The translations under genes and the position numbers were made by a program. DNA of 64,000 nt from Octopus vulgaris (taxonomy: Eukaryota), in contig OX597814.1 of NCBI GenBank assembly GCA_951406725.2, positions 60,202,001 through 60,266,000 on the forward strand, read 5' to 3'. The notes beneath the pieces were generated by a model, which was not told where the DNA came from, ran no database searches, and saw only the letters and a list, made by a program, of their open reading frames with translations. Each line of letters opens with the position of its first letter. Position 1 is the stretch's first letter. This document shows, piece after piece, positions 51,045 to 64,000 of the stretch.

Positions 51045-51835
51045 AAAATCTCGCAGTTTATTTTCCCAGGTATGATGGGAAGTGTCAGTTATCTACAGCC
51101 AGCAGACTAAGGTGACACTTGTTTACTGGTCATGCTTCAAGAGTCCTGCGAAGAATTCTTGCAGTTCCAAGCAATGCTGACTGTTATAGGTGTTCTACCT
51201 TCACACTCGCACCAATCCTTCTCATCCATACTAGTAGTTGAGTGCTGATACTTCCAAGTGCACCAATCACTGTTGGTGTCACGTCTACAGTCTTCATTCA
51301 TCACAACTTTCCTATTTCCCACTTCAAATCGGCGTAGCTGTTTACTTTTTCTTCTTTCACATTGTTCATGTTGTCACCGGGGCATGCTATGTCGATTGTC
51401 ATACATGTTCTTTCTTTTCTTATTCACTACAACAATATCCGTTTTCCATGTCTGGCCAGGTGATTGCACTGTATCATGACATCCCACAGGATATTGCAAT
51501 TCTCATCCTCGGTGACTTGTTCTGGGGTTTTCTCATACCACGTCTTTGTTCTTTGTAGGCCGTGATTTCCACAGAGCTCCCAATGGATCATTTTTGCCAA
51601 ATTGTAATGGCGTCTTTTGTATTTGCGTTGTGCCAATTTCGGGCATTCGCTAACGATGCGCCGTAACGTTTCTCCCTTCTCACCACACATTCTGAATTTG
51701 TCGCTGTCGGTAGTGTTGTTAATTCTGCATTTCACAAAGTTAGTTGTTATCGCTTGTTCTTGAGCTGCGCATATTAGTGCTGCTATCCCTATCTTCAAGT
51801 CACTCCTCATCCATAGACACCGTTTTCTGTATCTG
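51045..51835 (-). mobile_element. R4/Dong-clade LINE 3' end (CCHC + restriction-like endonuclease + 3' UTR) ending at (TAA)n
   Basis: AAQEQAITTN..KFRMCGEKGETL..IVSECPKLAQRKYKRRH..IHWELC..ILWD..IDIACPGD..PTVIGALG..ALLGTARILRR. Confidence 0.9.
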
Positions 51836-52129
51836 TCTTGGCGATGACATTTCTTGCAACCTGACCGTACCTCTTTTCCTTCTATGCTTTTTTTCTTTTT
51901 TGTCGTATTTTTATTATTATCATCTTCCTACAATTTTGTTTACATTTCTTGCCGAGTGTCTTCTCAATACCTAAGGCAAAGGAGCTTACTGCATACATTG
52001 GTCGGCCATTAAAATAAACACACCAGATTGTACATTTTCATGTGATAGAAAAAAGGGGAAGACAGACAGGGGAAAGAATGGAAAAAGAAAAACGGTTGCT
52101 TTCTCATTTTCTGTGATCTTTTCTGGCGT

Positions 52130-52345
52130 GTGCCTATGCCATCTTTTTTCTGTTATTCCATAGTATTGGCTTAGCTTCCAGTGTATATAGGTCTCAACTT
52201 GGTCGTGCCTGTGAATATATCCTTCTTTGCCAGGACTGGGCAGTCAGAGACAATATGATTTATTGTTTCTTCTCCATCTCCACATATTCTGCAGTTATTT
52301 GTAATTCTTTTCATTACATGTTTCTGGTAATTTCTGGTGGGAAGT
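52130..52345 (-). mobile_element. R4/Dong fragment (CCHC region)
   Basis: LPTRNYQKHV..NNCRICGDGEETINHIVSDCPVLAKK. Confidence 0.82.
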
Positions 52346-52499
52346 CTCAGTTGCATTCTGAGTCCAATTCTGTCGAGTTCAACTTTGCCTATCAATCTTC
52401 GGGTCGATAGAATATGCACGTTTGATTACAGGGGTCGATGTAATTGACTAGCCACATCCCACGTATAATAGAAAAAATCATTATTGATGGTTTTGACTC

Positions 52500-52965
52500 A
52501 GGTTCGTTCTTATTCCAGGTTGGATTTATGTGGGAAACATGTACTACCTGTAACCTTAAGTATTCTCAAGCTTTCAGCAGACTTTGAAGTGCTTAAGACC
52601 CTCTTCATAATCTTTTCTATCCTTAAGAGGCAAACTTTCTGTAAAAATTCTGCAGGACATTCTATTTCAATCGCTTTCAACCATTTGTTTATACTTTTAC
52701 TTACAGTTCCCAACGCACTAATTATTACAGGCAAAACCTTTACAATTTTTTATATTTCAAATTAGTGTAATTTCAATTTTTAAGGGATTTTTTGTTTTGT
52801 TTTGTTTTTGTTTGTCATCCTCTACATTTACAATCCTGGAATCAAACGGACTTGATGCATCAATTAGTAAGCAACTTCGCTTTTTCTTGTCTATTATTGT
52901 TTTCGCCGGTCTGTTATTTTCTAGCTTCTTTTCCGTTTGAATAAGAGAATCCCATAAAATTTTGA
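52500..52965 (-). mobile_element. R4/Dong C-terminal fragment
   Basis: ILWDSLIQTEKKLENNRP..IIDKKKRSCLLID..PFD and PVIISALGTVSK..LQKVCLL. Confidence 0.82.
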
Positions 52966-52974
52966 ATTTTTCCG

Positions 52975-53031
<57 letters not shown>

Positions 53032-53039
53032 GTTATACT

Positions 53040-53640
53040 CTAAATTCCAGTCTTTTGGGTAGCATTTTAGATGTTCAGCCATGTGCTCCAATTACCACAG
53101 GAATAATTGTTGTTTTAGCCGTTCAGTCTCTAATGTTATGGCTTGGTCTTCATATTGTTCTTTTTTTTTTTCAATTTCTTTAACATCTATTCTGTTATCA
53201 TAGGAAAATCTACGATCATACTATGTTTATTTTGTCTCTATAATCATAACAGTTCTTCTTGCTTTTATAATAACATGGTCAGACTTTATGGGGAAGTTTC
53301 ATAAGTTCCTGTAATTTTTAGTTTTTATCAGACTCTGATTCGTGCTCATGACATTTTCATATCATTTTGAATCTACATGCTCGGCTAATATCCCAATGCC
53401 CTCTCTTACCGACATAATCATGTGCTTATATTAGTTGCGCTAGCTTTCTGCATTCATTCAAAAAAATGATAGGTACTTTTGTCTCCTTTCTGCATATTCT
53501 ACATTTGCTCTCTGATTGAGTTTTTTCGATCTTTACTTGCATAAAATTTGTCCGAATGGTTTGTTCCACAAGTACTATAATTAGCGCTTTGATCTTTCGT
53601 TTCAGTTTTCTGTCCGTCAGCCATACGTCAGCCATACGTC
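53040..53640 (-). mobile_element. R4/Dong C-terminal fragment abutting (TAA)n
   Basis: WLTDRKLKRK..EQTIRTNFMQVKIEK..SKCRIC and IIPVVIGAHG. Confidence 0.8.
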
Positions 53641-54269
53641 AGCCATACGTCAGCTCTTTACGTCCAACATCATTGGTTTGTTGCATGAACTGGTCATGTA
53701 ATTCCTTTTCTTTTCACCTACCCGCTCTGTTGTCCTTTTTTCTGTTCTTGAATTATCCTACTGTTTCAGTAGCTTTTTATGCGTCTACCTGCCGACACCC
53801 CCAAAACTCCCCAAATTGTCCCACACCAACACATGCACAGGAAGAACACCAAGAACAACAAAAACAACAGAGCACAAAACAATCACTACAACCACCAAAC
53901 TTCCTCCTGTACTTCGTACAACCAACAAGAAGAAAGCACACAGCACAACAACAATAACATGAAAACACACAAACACAGGAAACAAAAATACACAACAAAC
54001 ACAACAAACGCAAAAACAGAAAACATAGTGAATTTCATCGTGATAAACAAAAACAGGAGTGAATGGACTACATTGAAAAGTATTACAAAGACGAAATAAT
54101 AACAGAAAAGAAATTTGAAAACTTCATCGTCTAAACCACCTAACGGGAGCACTAATAAAAACAAATCAAATTTACCTCACTTTCTTGCTTCAAAAGAACA
54201 TAGACCATCCGCGACTTGAAATGACTCGAAGCGACGCAAGTGAGTAACCCCTCCCTTTATTTTTAATAA

Positions 54270-56650
54270 TAAATATGGTGGCACACAAATTAGGGTATAG
54301 AACGTACGTGGTCTGTGGTTAGCTTAGAAGCAAGTTTACTTGCTCAATGACCTCAGATAAATATGGCTTAGATGTAGTAGCCGTTGTTGAAGCCAAAATT
54401 TCTGGAAATTTTATGGCTATGTGCGGGAACTGCTTATTGACATGGCAAACGTCTATCACAACTGACACAAAAACGGGAGAACTCCTAGGTCTGTTAGCCC
54501 AAATGAAATAACTTTGCTGGGAAAGGACACCAATAAAGAGGATATTATAAACAAATTCCGGATCATAACCTTGCTAAATGCAGAGTTTAAATTTTTGGTC
54601 AAGATGTTTGCAAAGAGGCTGGCGCTTATGAATGGCTCGATCGGAGTAGCTCAAACATGTGCGATCCCCAATAGATCTATCTACGACCACCACCACCTCA
54701 TGCGTTACATCTTAGGGGGAATGGGTAGCAAATCTGGCATCGGAGAGGTTCTTATTAATTTGGATCACCTAAAAACCTTCGACAGTGCCGAGCATCGCTA
54801 CTTCACTGTAGTCCTAAAAAGAGCCGGTTTCTAACCCGTTTTCAGTGGCTGGATCACATCAATACAAACTGGTGTTTGCTTGGTGGTAAAAGGAAATGGA
54901 GCAGAGCTATATCGACATATGCGGACGACATCGTGTCAGACACCACGTAAATTCAGGAGGTCGATTCTATTTTAAAGGAATACGATTCGCTGGCAGTAAT
55001 TAAGATTAATCTAAACAAGTTGATAGCCCTGCAGCTCGGCAACTGAAGAGGTAAGTCTATGTCAACGAACAGTATAGTAGATCGGTGGACAGACGGACCA
55101 GTGAAATTATTCGGTGTCTGGATCGGCCCGGGACTTCAGGTGGACAAGAACTGGAACGAGGTTATAAAATGGGTGGCCACTCTCACTCAGAAATAGGCCA
55201 ATTGAAAATTATCCCCGAAAGGTCAAGCAGAGGTGGCGAATGCGCACATCACCTAATTAATAACTTACCATCTAACTGTTCTACCTTGCCCCCATCCACG
55301 TTTGGCTGAACTGAGGCGTTTACTTTTCAGTTTCCTGTGGAAAGTACCTTCCACTGGCCAGGCAGTTCACTTTTTGCCAGCGCCCTCTGGATGCCGGTCT
55401 TGGGCATGAAATGTCATAGCTGCTAATGCACAGAAACGTTCTGCGGCTACCCAGCTTATAGATTTTTCTTGACGCTGAACCTGTGTGGTTTCCGTTTGAG
55501 GACATCCTTTTCCGCAGTTCATCTCTTTGTCGAAGTTGCAATCTTGGGTCAAGAAAAGACCATGATTATGCGTCTAGCATCTGGAAAGTTGTCAGGTGCT
55601 CACTACCCTGTACAAGTCGAGTAATACGGTCAGTGGAAGTTCTACGATAACTATATAGAGAAATCTAGTGATGGCTTAGAGCGATGACGTTCTCGACATG
55701 GATGAACTACTTGATCTATTTCAGAGGACTTTCGGGACCGGAGCTACCATGGATAGCTTCCAGAAATTCATGCCCTAGCTGCGCTAACGAGGAGCACTGC
55801 CAGTTGGCGATGAACTCTGCTGGCGTGGAAGCGCTGTCTGCTTGGACTACCCGAGACACACGCTGAGCGACGAAACCGTTCTGCATGCACTCGTGCAGTG
55901 TCCGAGTATTGCTGATTTGCGCAGTTATGCCGAACAACTGTTATCGCGTGTGGGAGGAATTTGACTATCAACCAAATCCATTGTGAGTATCTCCCCATCA
56001 CCCACCTTTAACAAGGCAATCCAGGCAGTGTTCCTCTGTCTAGTGGTAATGACGAAAGAGATCGTTTGGTGGGCGAGGCTGAAAGGATCGAGGAAGGATA
56101 CTTTCCTCTTCAGTCAAACCTAGTTGGAGTTTCTCCTGCATCAGAAGGACTGCATCATTCACACTTTGTAAACTATCTATATTGAATAGCATTTTATTGC
56201 CTTTTCCATTTCTTTTATGTGAATCTGCACACAATTTATCTGTCCTTGTGATATCGCCCTCAACTATGCCCCAGTGGCTAATAAAAGCCCTCATTAGCTT
56301 TTTCAAGTTTCGCTTGAAAAGGAAAGTGAGGGTGGAGATGGAAGTTCTTGCCCCCAACAATGTTGTTAAAAGATGGGTAAATGTCGCAAAATTGTCCGAG
56401 TGAATTGGCCTACTCTAAGTATGCGCTACTAGACAAAGTGGAAAGGGCACTTACCCTGGTGGTCAGAACTGTTGTGGACTTGTGGGTTTTCATGAGTAGT
56501 CCTGCGATTCTCCCTTTTGGGGAAAGTTTCTGGTTGGATTGGGTTTTTTTTTTGGGGGGGGGTTCATTTTTACACGACTTTCAGCTAAACCCACATTGTA
56601 TTTGTTCTGTGTTGTCCATAACGTTTGGTGTTTTTCTTAGGTAAACCCTT
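54270..56650 (+). mobile_element. Tx1/L1-clade LINE ORF2 relic with internal deletions, plus 3' UTR
   Basis: APE start NVRGL (54301); RT motifs IITLLNAEFKFLVK..AKRL, LDHLKTFDSAEH and YADD (54918-54929); many stops and frameshifts; GT-rich 3' UTR. Confidence 0.88.
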
Positions 56651-56715
56651 TGTAGTCGATGTAATTGACTAGTTTCCTCCCCCAAATTTCCGGCCTTGTG
56701 CCTATAGTAGAAAGG

Positions 56716-56716
<1 letters not shown>

Positions 56717-56766
<50 letters not shown>

Positions 56767-56813
56767 GTTGTTGTTGTTGTTGTTGTTATCATCATTACTA
56801 TTATTATTATTAT

Positions 56814-56856
<43 letters not shown>

Positions 56857-58690
56857 TTATATATAAGTGAAGGTAAAAGACGAAACGAAGATTGATGATG
56901 TACTATAACGAGTGTTATGATATTGTTATTGTTGTCGTTGTTGTTGTTATTGGCGGCAGCGGTAGCAGTGGTGTAAATCGGTGACGTTGGTGAAAGAAAC
57001 GATGAAGAGGAGATGATGGATGAGATGGACTCTGCGAGAGAGACCCTTTGAAGCTACAAATGATGGTAGTGGTGGTGGTGGTGGTGGTGGTCGTCGTCGT
57101 CGTCGTCGTCGTAACGTCGATGGTGATGAAGATTATATAGAAGTAGAAGCGGATAGATGGATGAATGTATGGATGGAATGGAGGAGCAGGAGAATTCGAT
57201 GACGGAACTGTTGTAGTAATGATGCAGTGTTTCATATCTTTCAGTCCTTTGTTTTAGGATTTTTTCTTCTCTCAATCAGTCAAATGAGTGCATTTCGTAG
57301 ATGTCAAGATTGTTCATTTAATTATGATATAAACCAGATGACAAAACTGTTCATCGTGGTTATTGTTGAGGTTTTTTGGGGGAAGGTGGGGAGCAGAAGG
57401 TGAGAGCAGTTGTGGTGGTGGTGGTGGTAGTCATGGTATCAATCGCAATGGTGATACAGGTAATTGTCAAAGAAGTGTAGTGATGTTGGTGGTGGTGGCA
57501 GCGGCGGCAGTGGTGGTGGTGGTGGTGGTGCCGCTGCTGCTGGTAGTAATATTGATGGTGGTGATGGTTGTGGTGGCGGTGGTGAATTTGGTGGTGATAG
57601 TTGTGGTGGTAGTATAGTGATGTTGGTGATGGTGATGGTGGTGGTGGTGGTGGTGGTGGTGGTGCTGCTGCTGCTGTTGGTAGTAGTGTTGATGGTGGTG
57701 ATGGTAAATTTGATGGTGCTGCTAGTGGTAGTGGTGTTAATGATAGTGATGATGGTAATGGTGGTGGTGGTAGCAGCTGTAGTGCTAGTATGTTGACATT
57801 GATGACAGCGGTGACGGTGATGGTGGTGGTTGTATAAGCAGTGGTTTGTTGTTGTTGTTGGTGGTGGTGGTGATGGTGGTGGTGGTGTGGCGGCGGCTGT
57901 GGTAGTGGTAATGATGTTGGTAGTGGTTGTGGTAGTGTTGTGGCGGCGGTGGTAGTTGTAATGATGGTGGTGTTGGCAGAGGTAGTGTTGTGGCGGCGGC
58001 GGCGTCGGTAGTAATGGTGATGATTGTGGTGGTATTGGTGATGGTGATATCGAGAAGGCTGCCTCTAGTTGTGATTAAATAACATTAAATGAATACGCAA
58101 GATAAATACATAAGATAAATAATGAGAAATTCTTAACTTAAGCCTAATAAGTTTAAAAGCTGATTAGCATGCGATAGAAACGTTAAGTTTTTTGTCACAA
58201 ATTACACTGTGTAAGAAAAAAAAAATGAAATACAGCAGCAAACAAAAAGAGCAAAGTTGATTGGCAACAAATTATTGACGCGCTAACCATTTCTGGACCA
58301 TTTACACTGATTTTGAAAGGAAGACTATTGTTATTAATGTTATTCTATTAGTAGTTGTGATTTTTTTAATGTTTATGATGATGACGATGGCGGCGGCGGC
58401 GGCGGTGGTGGGGCTTTTGTTGTTGTGGTGGGGGGAAGGTGAAGAGGATGATGATGGTGGTGGTGGTGGTGGTGGTGGTGGTGGTAATGGTGGTGGTGGT
58501 GGTGGTAGTGATGATAATGATGACGACTATGATGATGATGATGATGATGATGACGGTGACGATGATGATGGTAATGACGATAACTACGATGACGATGATG
58601 ATGATGACGACAAGGATAACGACGATAATGATGATCACGACGACAACGATGACGACGATGATGATGATGATTATAATGATGATGATTTCA
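56717..58690. repeat. Trinucleotide low-complexity region (ATT/GTT/AGT/GGT/GAT)n
   Basis: Directly visible; produces poly-G/V/D pseudo-ORFs. Confidence 0.93.
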
Positions 58691-58789
58691 AGATTTTCCT
58701 AAGTTTTATTCCTGTCCGTGTTTGTAGTATGTCTTTTTTGAGTTGTAGCTAAACAAAAAAAAAAGCATGAATTATTGTTACTATTCTTG

Positions 58790-59250
58790 TACTTGGAAAA
58801 GAAGGCAACCGACTTCCCCAAGTAAATCTTCAATGGCCAATTAAGAATATAAGTGGCGAGGGAGGAACGGGGGAGACATCTGAAGTACTTCAAGAGCTAT
58901 TCTAGATGTAACGCTGAAAAACCAGTAACTTCAGCGTCCGAAAACTGAGAACCTTTACGTTCATGACAGAACAACCTGGAGTTTCTTCATTCGTGAAGGA
59001 GTGGATCATTCTAAATGACCCAGATGTGAACGTTGTGAGGTTAAGAGATATAGAAGAAAAGAATCATCATCATCATCATCATCAACAACAACAACAACAC
59101 CACGACGCCACCACCACCATCACCGTTATCAATATCAAAACGAACAACAACAGCTACTAACTGTCAAAACCTACTCTTCATTCTCAACAGATCTGCCCTC
59201 ACTGTCAGACAATTTTTGTCACTATGATTGGACTTATTAATTAAGTGTGC
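58790..59250 (+). mobile_element. RTE (BovB-like) LINE 3' end, degenerate
   Basis: RLPK-IFNGQL, HDRTTWSFFIREGVD and KRYRRKE, then a terminal finger CPHCQTIFVTMIGLIN (cf. CPxCxRxFRARIGLxSH). Confidence 0.72.
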
Positions 59251-59431
59251 TCGCGTGCTAATAATCCCTGATCTTGAAGACCATTATCCTCAATTCCAAG
59301 GGATTACCGCCATATGTTTCCGAAGGCGATATGATTAAACGTGATACGTCATGATCATCTTGTCATTTTTGTCAAAATGACCACATTGTGTCTGGAACAC
59401 TATTATATCGGATACGTATTATTATTATTAT

Positions 59432-59986
59432 TGAGTGAGAGAGCAGTTCATGCCATCAAAGTGACACTGGGGTAAAATATACGAAGCCCAATATACCCAT
59501 CATGACTACCCGTCTGATAAGGGTACACCAGGCACATGCATCACAACCATATGTGCGCGACATGGTGATCTCATATCAAGATAAACAGCACATGACCTTA
59601 CAGGTGGGGTCCAGTTAGAATTTTCTTCAGGTTGAGTAGCCCATCCCGCTCAAGCGGTCCCTGAATAAGGGTTGTTTAAGGATGTTGAAAGAACCACCCA
59701 TGTTTCCAGAGGTGAATTATTCAAACCCCAAAGAATCCCTCTCAACACATGGCTATGATGCTCCCCCACTACTTCTGCTCGTGATCAGAGATGCATATAT
59801 CGTCAGCCACTAAGGGACATGCTCAACTGGTTACGGTCAAACAACTGACAAGCAAATCTGTGGTATTGAGCAGAATATTTGCTGTAGCCCATCTTTTATA
59901 CCAAGACAAAACAATGTACATGATAACACTTCCAATCAGTTAAGATCAGAAGCCACGAGAGCCACTGCCTGGTACTGAATCAGGGC

Positions 59987-59988
<2 letters not shown>
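59432..59988. mobile_element. ~555-bp non-coding insert embedded in (TAT)n
   Basis: GC-richer, complex block with (att)n immediately on both sides; no ORF of 60 aa or more. Confidence 0.65.
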
Positions 59989-60055
<67 letters not shown>

Positions 60056-60372
60056 ATTCTAGAATGTGATTTGATGGGCGTTTGGTAACTTATTCTGACC
60101 GGTTGTCAAGTAAGTAAAACGAAAGTTGTTAGAGTTGCCGTTTTTGTTTAACTCAATGGCAGCTCTGAAGCCGTAGACCTATGATCAAAAGCGTTCTATT
60201 CATGACCATTCAGTATAATTTATTCGGATTCATCCTCCATTAGTAAGACTATAGGGTGTGGCCTGAAGTACATTTGTTTGCACATCCTTGGCAATTCGGG
60301 CTGTTAATTGCGAGAAAATTAGCTACTCTGTCAAGCAGACTACAACTCGTAAAAGTTCCAGTGTAGAAGATT

Positions 60373-60520
60373 ACCCGGCTCTGAAATGCGTATTTCATTC
60401 AGAAACTTGTGTTCGTCATGAAACAACGTTGATCGAAAGGCTCACGAAGATTTGACAGAGTTCTCTGTAACGGATTCACAGAACTTCACGCAAACTTGAT
60501 GTAGATATTGCTTGAACTTG
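60373..60520 (-). mobile_element. Mariner transposase N-terminal relic
   Basis: Minus strand gives IYIKF..ESVTE..NLREPF..TRTQVSE.NTHFRAG, resembling mariner IKFCVKLGKSATET..RTQVFEWHxRFKxG. Confidence 0.65.
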
Positions 60521-61229
60521 TCAGCAATCGTAAAAATTGAAGAATCGTTGTTTTACTGTTGGCTTCTGTGGTTCGTTCATGGTTGTGGTGGTGGTGGTGG
60601 TGGTGGTTATGATGATGATGATGATGATGATGATGATGGTAACAGTGGATTATATGCTGTAGTTCATAAAATGAAATGCGCGTGAGTATATATTTCTGTA
60701 GGTCATAGAAACTTTGTCTAAGCTTTTAAAGCGACATTAACAAATATTATGGTAGCGTTTTAACACATTTAAATATTTGTTCTACTATGTAAAACAGTAG
60801 TTGCTTTCGGTTCCTTTAGAGAATTACAAGAATTTATGTCGAAAACATAAAATATGCAGTTAGTAACAGAATTTTTATCTCGAAAGTTTTTAGCCCTTCG
60901 TAATAAATTGTAATATGTTTTTTATTATTATTTGGGAAAATAAACATTTTCTTTCTCATTAAAACCAAATAAACAGAAAAGATATGCATCCTAGACTCAA
61001 AACCATTCATATATTTACGAGGCAAACATGATTGCTTGCTTAAGACTTTTACATTCCGACTATGCCAAACCAGGTTCAATCTATTGAGTAGCACTTAGTT
61101 GAAAATTGTCTTCGGATCAACCAAAGGAATGTGAGTATATTTGGCATGGGAAACTGCGTGGAAGCCCACTATATGTGTATATATGTGTATGTATGTGTTT
61201 CAATTTTTCTGAGAATATCTATTGATGTG

Positions 61230-61272
<43 letters not shown>

Positions 61273-61279
61273 ATATATG

Positions 61280-61326
61280 TGTACCTTAAAAGACATCAAT
61301 TTCTCTATGTTATACCGAAATACAGT

Positions 61327-61371
<45 letters not shown>

Positions 61372-62332
61372 GCACACGCACACATACATGCAAAAAAAGA
61401 TATATGCATATGTATTTATGTATGTGTATATGAAAGATGCGTGAGTGTGTGTGAGACAGCGAGAGAGAGACAGAGATGATTGAGTGCCACTTATACAGGA
61501 CAAGATACAACTTCACTCACTCAGTCTCTCTATCTCACTCTGCTTTTCTCTTTCTCTCACACACGCACGCACGTACACACATTCACGCACGTTCATTTCA
61601 TATATACGTACATACATCTTTCACTTTCGCCTCTTTCATTTTCTGCTCTCACTTCAAAGCAAATGTCGCGGTTTCACTTTCTCATGTCTTTCAATTTCTG
61701 CTCTCTTCAAAGCATAAAGAAATTGTCAAATTTACGGACATTAACGAATACATTCGAAAACTGAGTTTCCCTGTATAGTATCAAGATATTCAGTAATCTT
61801 TCGGCTAAAAAATAAAATTTATTTTCATTTACATATTTGCATTACAAAAATTTGACATTATAATCTTTCTATAATTCAACTCTCCTAAACGACGCTTTAT
61901 ACCATGAGGACGAAGATATCACATTTTCTATGAGTGTGTTCCTTAAAATACATCTATTTCTCTGTATGTTATGAGGAAATAGACACTCACTATTTCTCTC
62001 ATATGCACACGCACACATACATACAAAAAAAATGTACGCATATGTATTTATGTACGCGTATATGAAACATACACGTATGTGCGTGTTTATGTGTGAGAGA
62101 GTGCCACTAACACATACATGCAAAAAAATACATACATGATAGCACACACCTTCACTCCCTCTCTCTCTCTCTCTCTCTCTCTTTCTCATGCACATACACA
62201 CACACACACACACACAACACACACGCCCATTTCATATACACGTACATACGTCTTCCACTTTCTTCTCTCTTTCAATTTCTGCTGTCTTCAAAGCATGAAG
62301 AAATATAAAACTTTTTACGGAAAGTAACGGAC
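61280..62332. repeat. Degenerate direct duplication (61280-61750 and 61936-62332)
   Basis: ccttaaaa(g/t)acatc..atttctct.., gcatatgtatttatgta.. and ctttcaatttctgct(c/g)tcttcaaagcat.. occur in both copies. Confidence 0.82.
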
Positions 62333-64000
62333 AATCATATGATCTCATGTGATTGACCATATGATAGAACTTTCCTGCTTCAAACGAAAGAATGCCATAG
62401 AATAACTCCTTTGGTGCACGCGCGTGCATACACACACACACACACATACAGACACACACGGTAAAACGTCAGTATGAATTATTTCTTTCTATGTCCACGC
62501 GCAAAATTACAGCTCAAATCCAATTGAAATCACCTTTTTCTTTTCTGTAATTCGTGTTTGTGATGAGTGTCTTTAAAAACCTGACCTTCGGTATAAATTT
62601 AAGTGGAAGTTCTCCCGGAAATCCTGTCCTTTACCTTTTTTTTTTCTAGCATGTCCGAGGTGATATTGGCGCCTCCACCCCTGATATTTTTTCTAAATTT
62701 CTCCCGATTTCTATGTTTTCAATGAAGGAGATTTAGAATTCGGCGAAAAAACACGTTCTCTATATTTTCATTTTCTCCCTCTCCATCCCAATTTCTTAGT
62801 TTTTTTTTACTTTTTTCAAATTTTTCTTAATAGTCCACTAAGAAAAAGCAGAGAGTTCGAATCTTTAAGAATTTTCTTCTTTATTTTTTCTTAAAGAAGC
62901 ACTAAAATCCCCTTCCCAAATATCTACATATAACCTCACCATTTTCAAAAAGCTACAAACTCCCAATGTTTCACTTTTAGCTCTTTGGAAAGTGGGGAAT
63001 TTCTTCAGATATAATGTCGTTTACCTGTTGTTTCTAGCATGTCGGGCTTTCTGGGGCTGCTCTAATACTTTTTACGTCTGCTATTTCAGTACAATTCTAC
63101 GCATTCTTCAAACATCAGACGAAAGTGAAAACATAAGGTGATTTTAGCGTTTTGAAAGTGGGTAGGTGATGGGTGGGCATGGTGGGGGAAGGGGCATTGA
63201 GTGTTTCTTTAAAAAAATTAAACCTTCAGAAAAATATATTTCCCAGATTCGTAATCTCTGTACTTTTCTACATGGATAAAAAAAATTCGTCAAAAAGTTA
63301 CTAATTAAGGAGTGTTGACGAGAGGAAACTAAAATTTTGAAAACGTGATTTATTGGCAAAATCGTGAAACCCCCTTTTATACGATGAAACAATACGTAGT
63401 TTGTGATCCTTCTTAAGAACAGAAAACGCTTTCGGGAAAACCCATGCATATTGTATCCTCCCCCATTCACTTTGAAACAAACAATAACTTCCATTATACC
63501 AGTAATCCAGTTCACTATATATCAGCTGCGTTGATCCTGCCCATAAGAAAGGAACACATAATACAATGGCAACGCCGGGATGCATATTGCTAGTGTGTCT
63601 GTGTGTTTGTGTGTGTGCATGTATACACACAAATTTACATACATAGACACATATACTCATGTTTCTAAAAACAAATTTTCCCTAGTAATCTACCCTGCGT
63701 TTGAGCACAAAATTTCTCAGGGCTTGCAATTGATATCATAATAAGTATTATACATGCGATCACAGTTGTTAGTGACCTGAAAATCATGGACGTTGTTATT
63801 CAATTTCGTGAGGTGTAAAGCTAAACATTTCTATTTCCATATGATCGATGTGATGGATGTCCTTTAGATACACCTTCATGTCAATGTTTCCAGGGGAAAA
63901 TATAACTAAGATGAATCTTCCCAGAGTTGTAGTTCTGCTAAGAAAGATTTGACAAAAATGCTTCACATGGAAGTTGGGAAGGCAGATTAAAATGAGAGGA

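Noticed and set aside
53615-53654. 11-bp tandem repeat cgtcagccata x3.5
   Set aside because: Simple slippage duplication at the edge of an R4 relic.
56665-58752. Poly-G/V/D/T ORFs resembling glycine-rich or acidic proteins
   Set aside because: Mixed trinucleotide tracts, open in several frames and interrupted by stops; no splice or domain evidence.
59880-59990. HDV-like or hammerhead ribozyme at the end of the (TAT)n-embedded element
   Set aside because: I could not assemble the required stems by eye; left as a test to run.

Overview
AT-rich, repeat-saturated animal non-coding DNA. The SINE families suggest a coleoid cephalopod, probably Octopus (recognised from recall, not a database hit). 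I find no intact host gene; most listed ORFs are microsatellite artefacts. The window holds decayed mobile elements: mariner, maT, hAT, pogo and piggyBac relics, a Helitron, Helentron-like units, RTE, Tx1 and R4/Dong LINE fragments, many tRNA-derived SINEs and a 5S rRNA-derived copy. Main candidates: (1) a tRNA-headed Pol III element at 35.7-36.2 kb with a minimal hammerhead ribozyme and Penelope-style inverted duplication, plus other hammerhead relics and fold-backs beside (TA)n tracts; (2) an ORF1-only, RT-less (HAL1-like) retroelement nested in a SINE at 37.4-39.4 kb; (3) two SINE-in-SINE chimeras with the same junction; (4) an RTE tail with three C2H2 fingers; (5) a pile-up of R4/Dong copies at (TAA)n. 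All calls were made by eye, and boundaries of degenerate elements are approximate.
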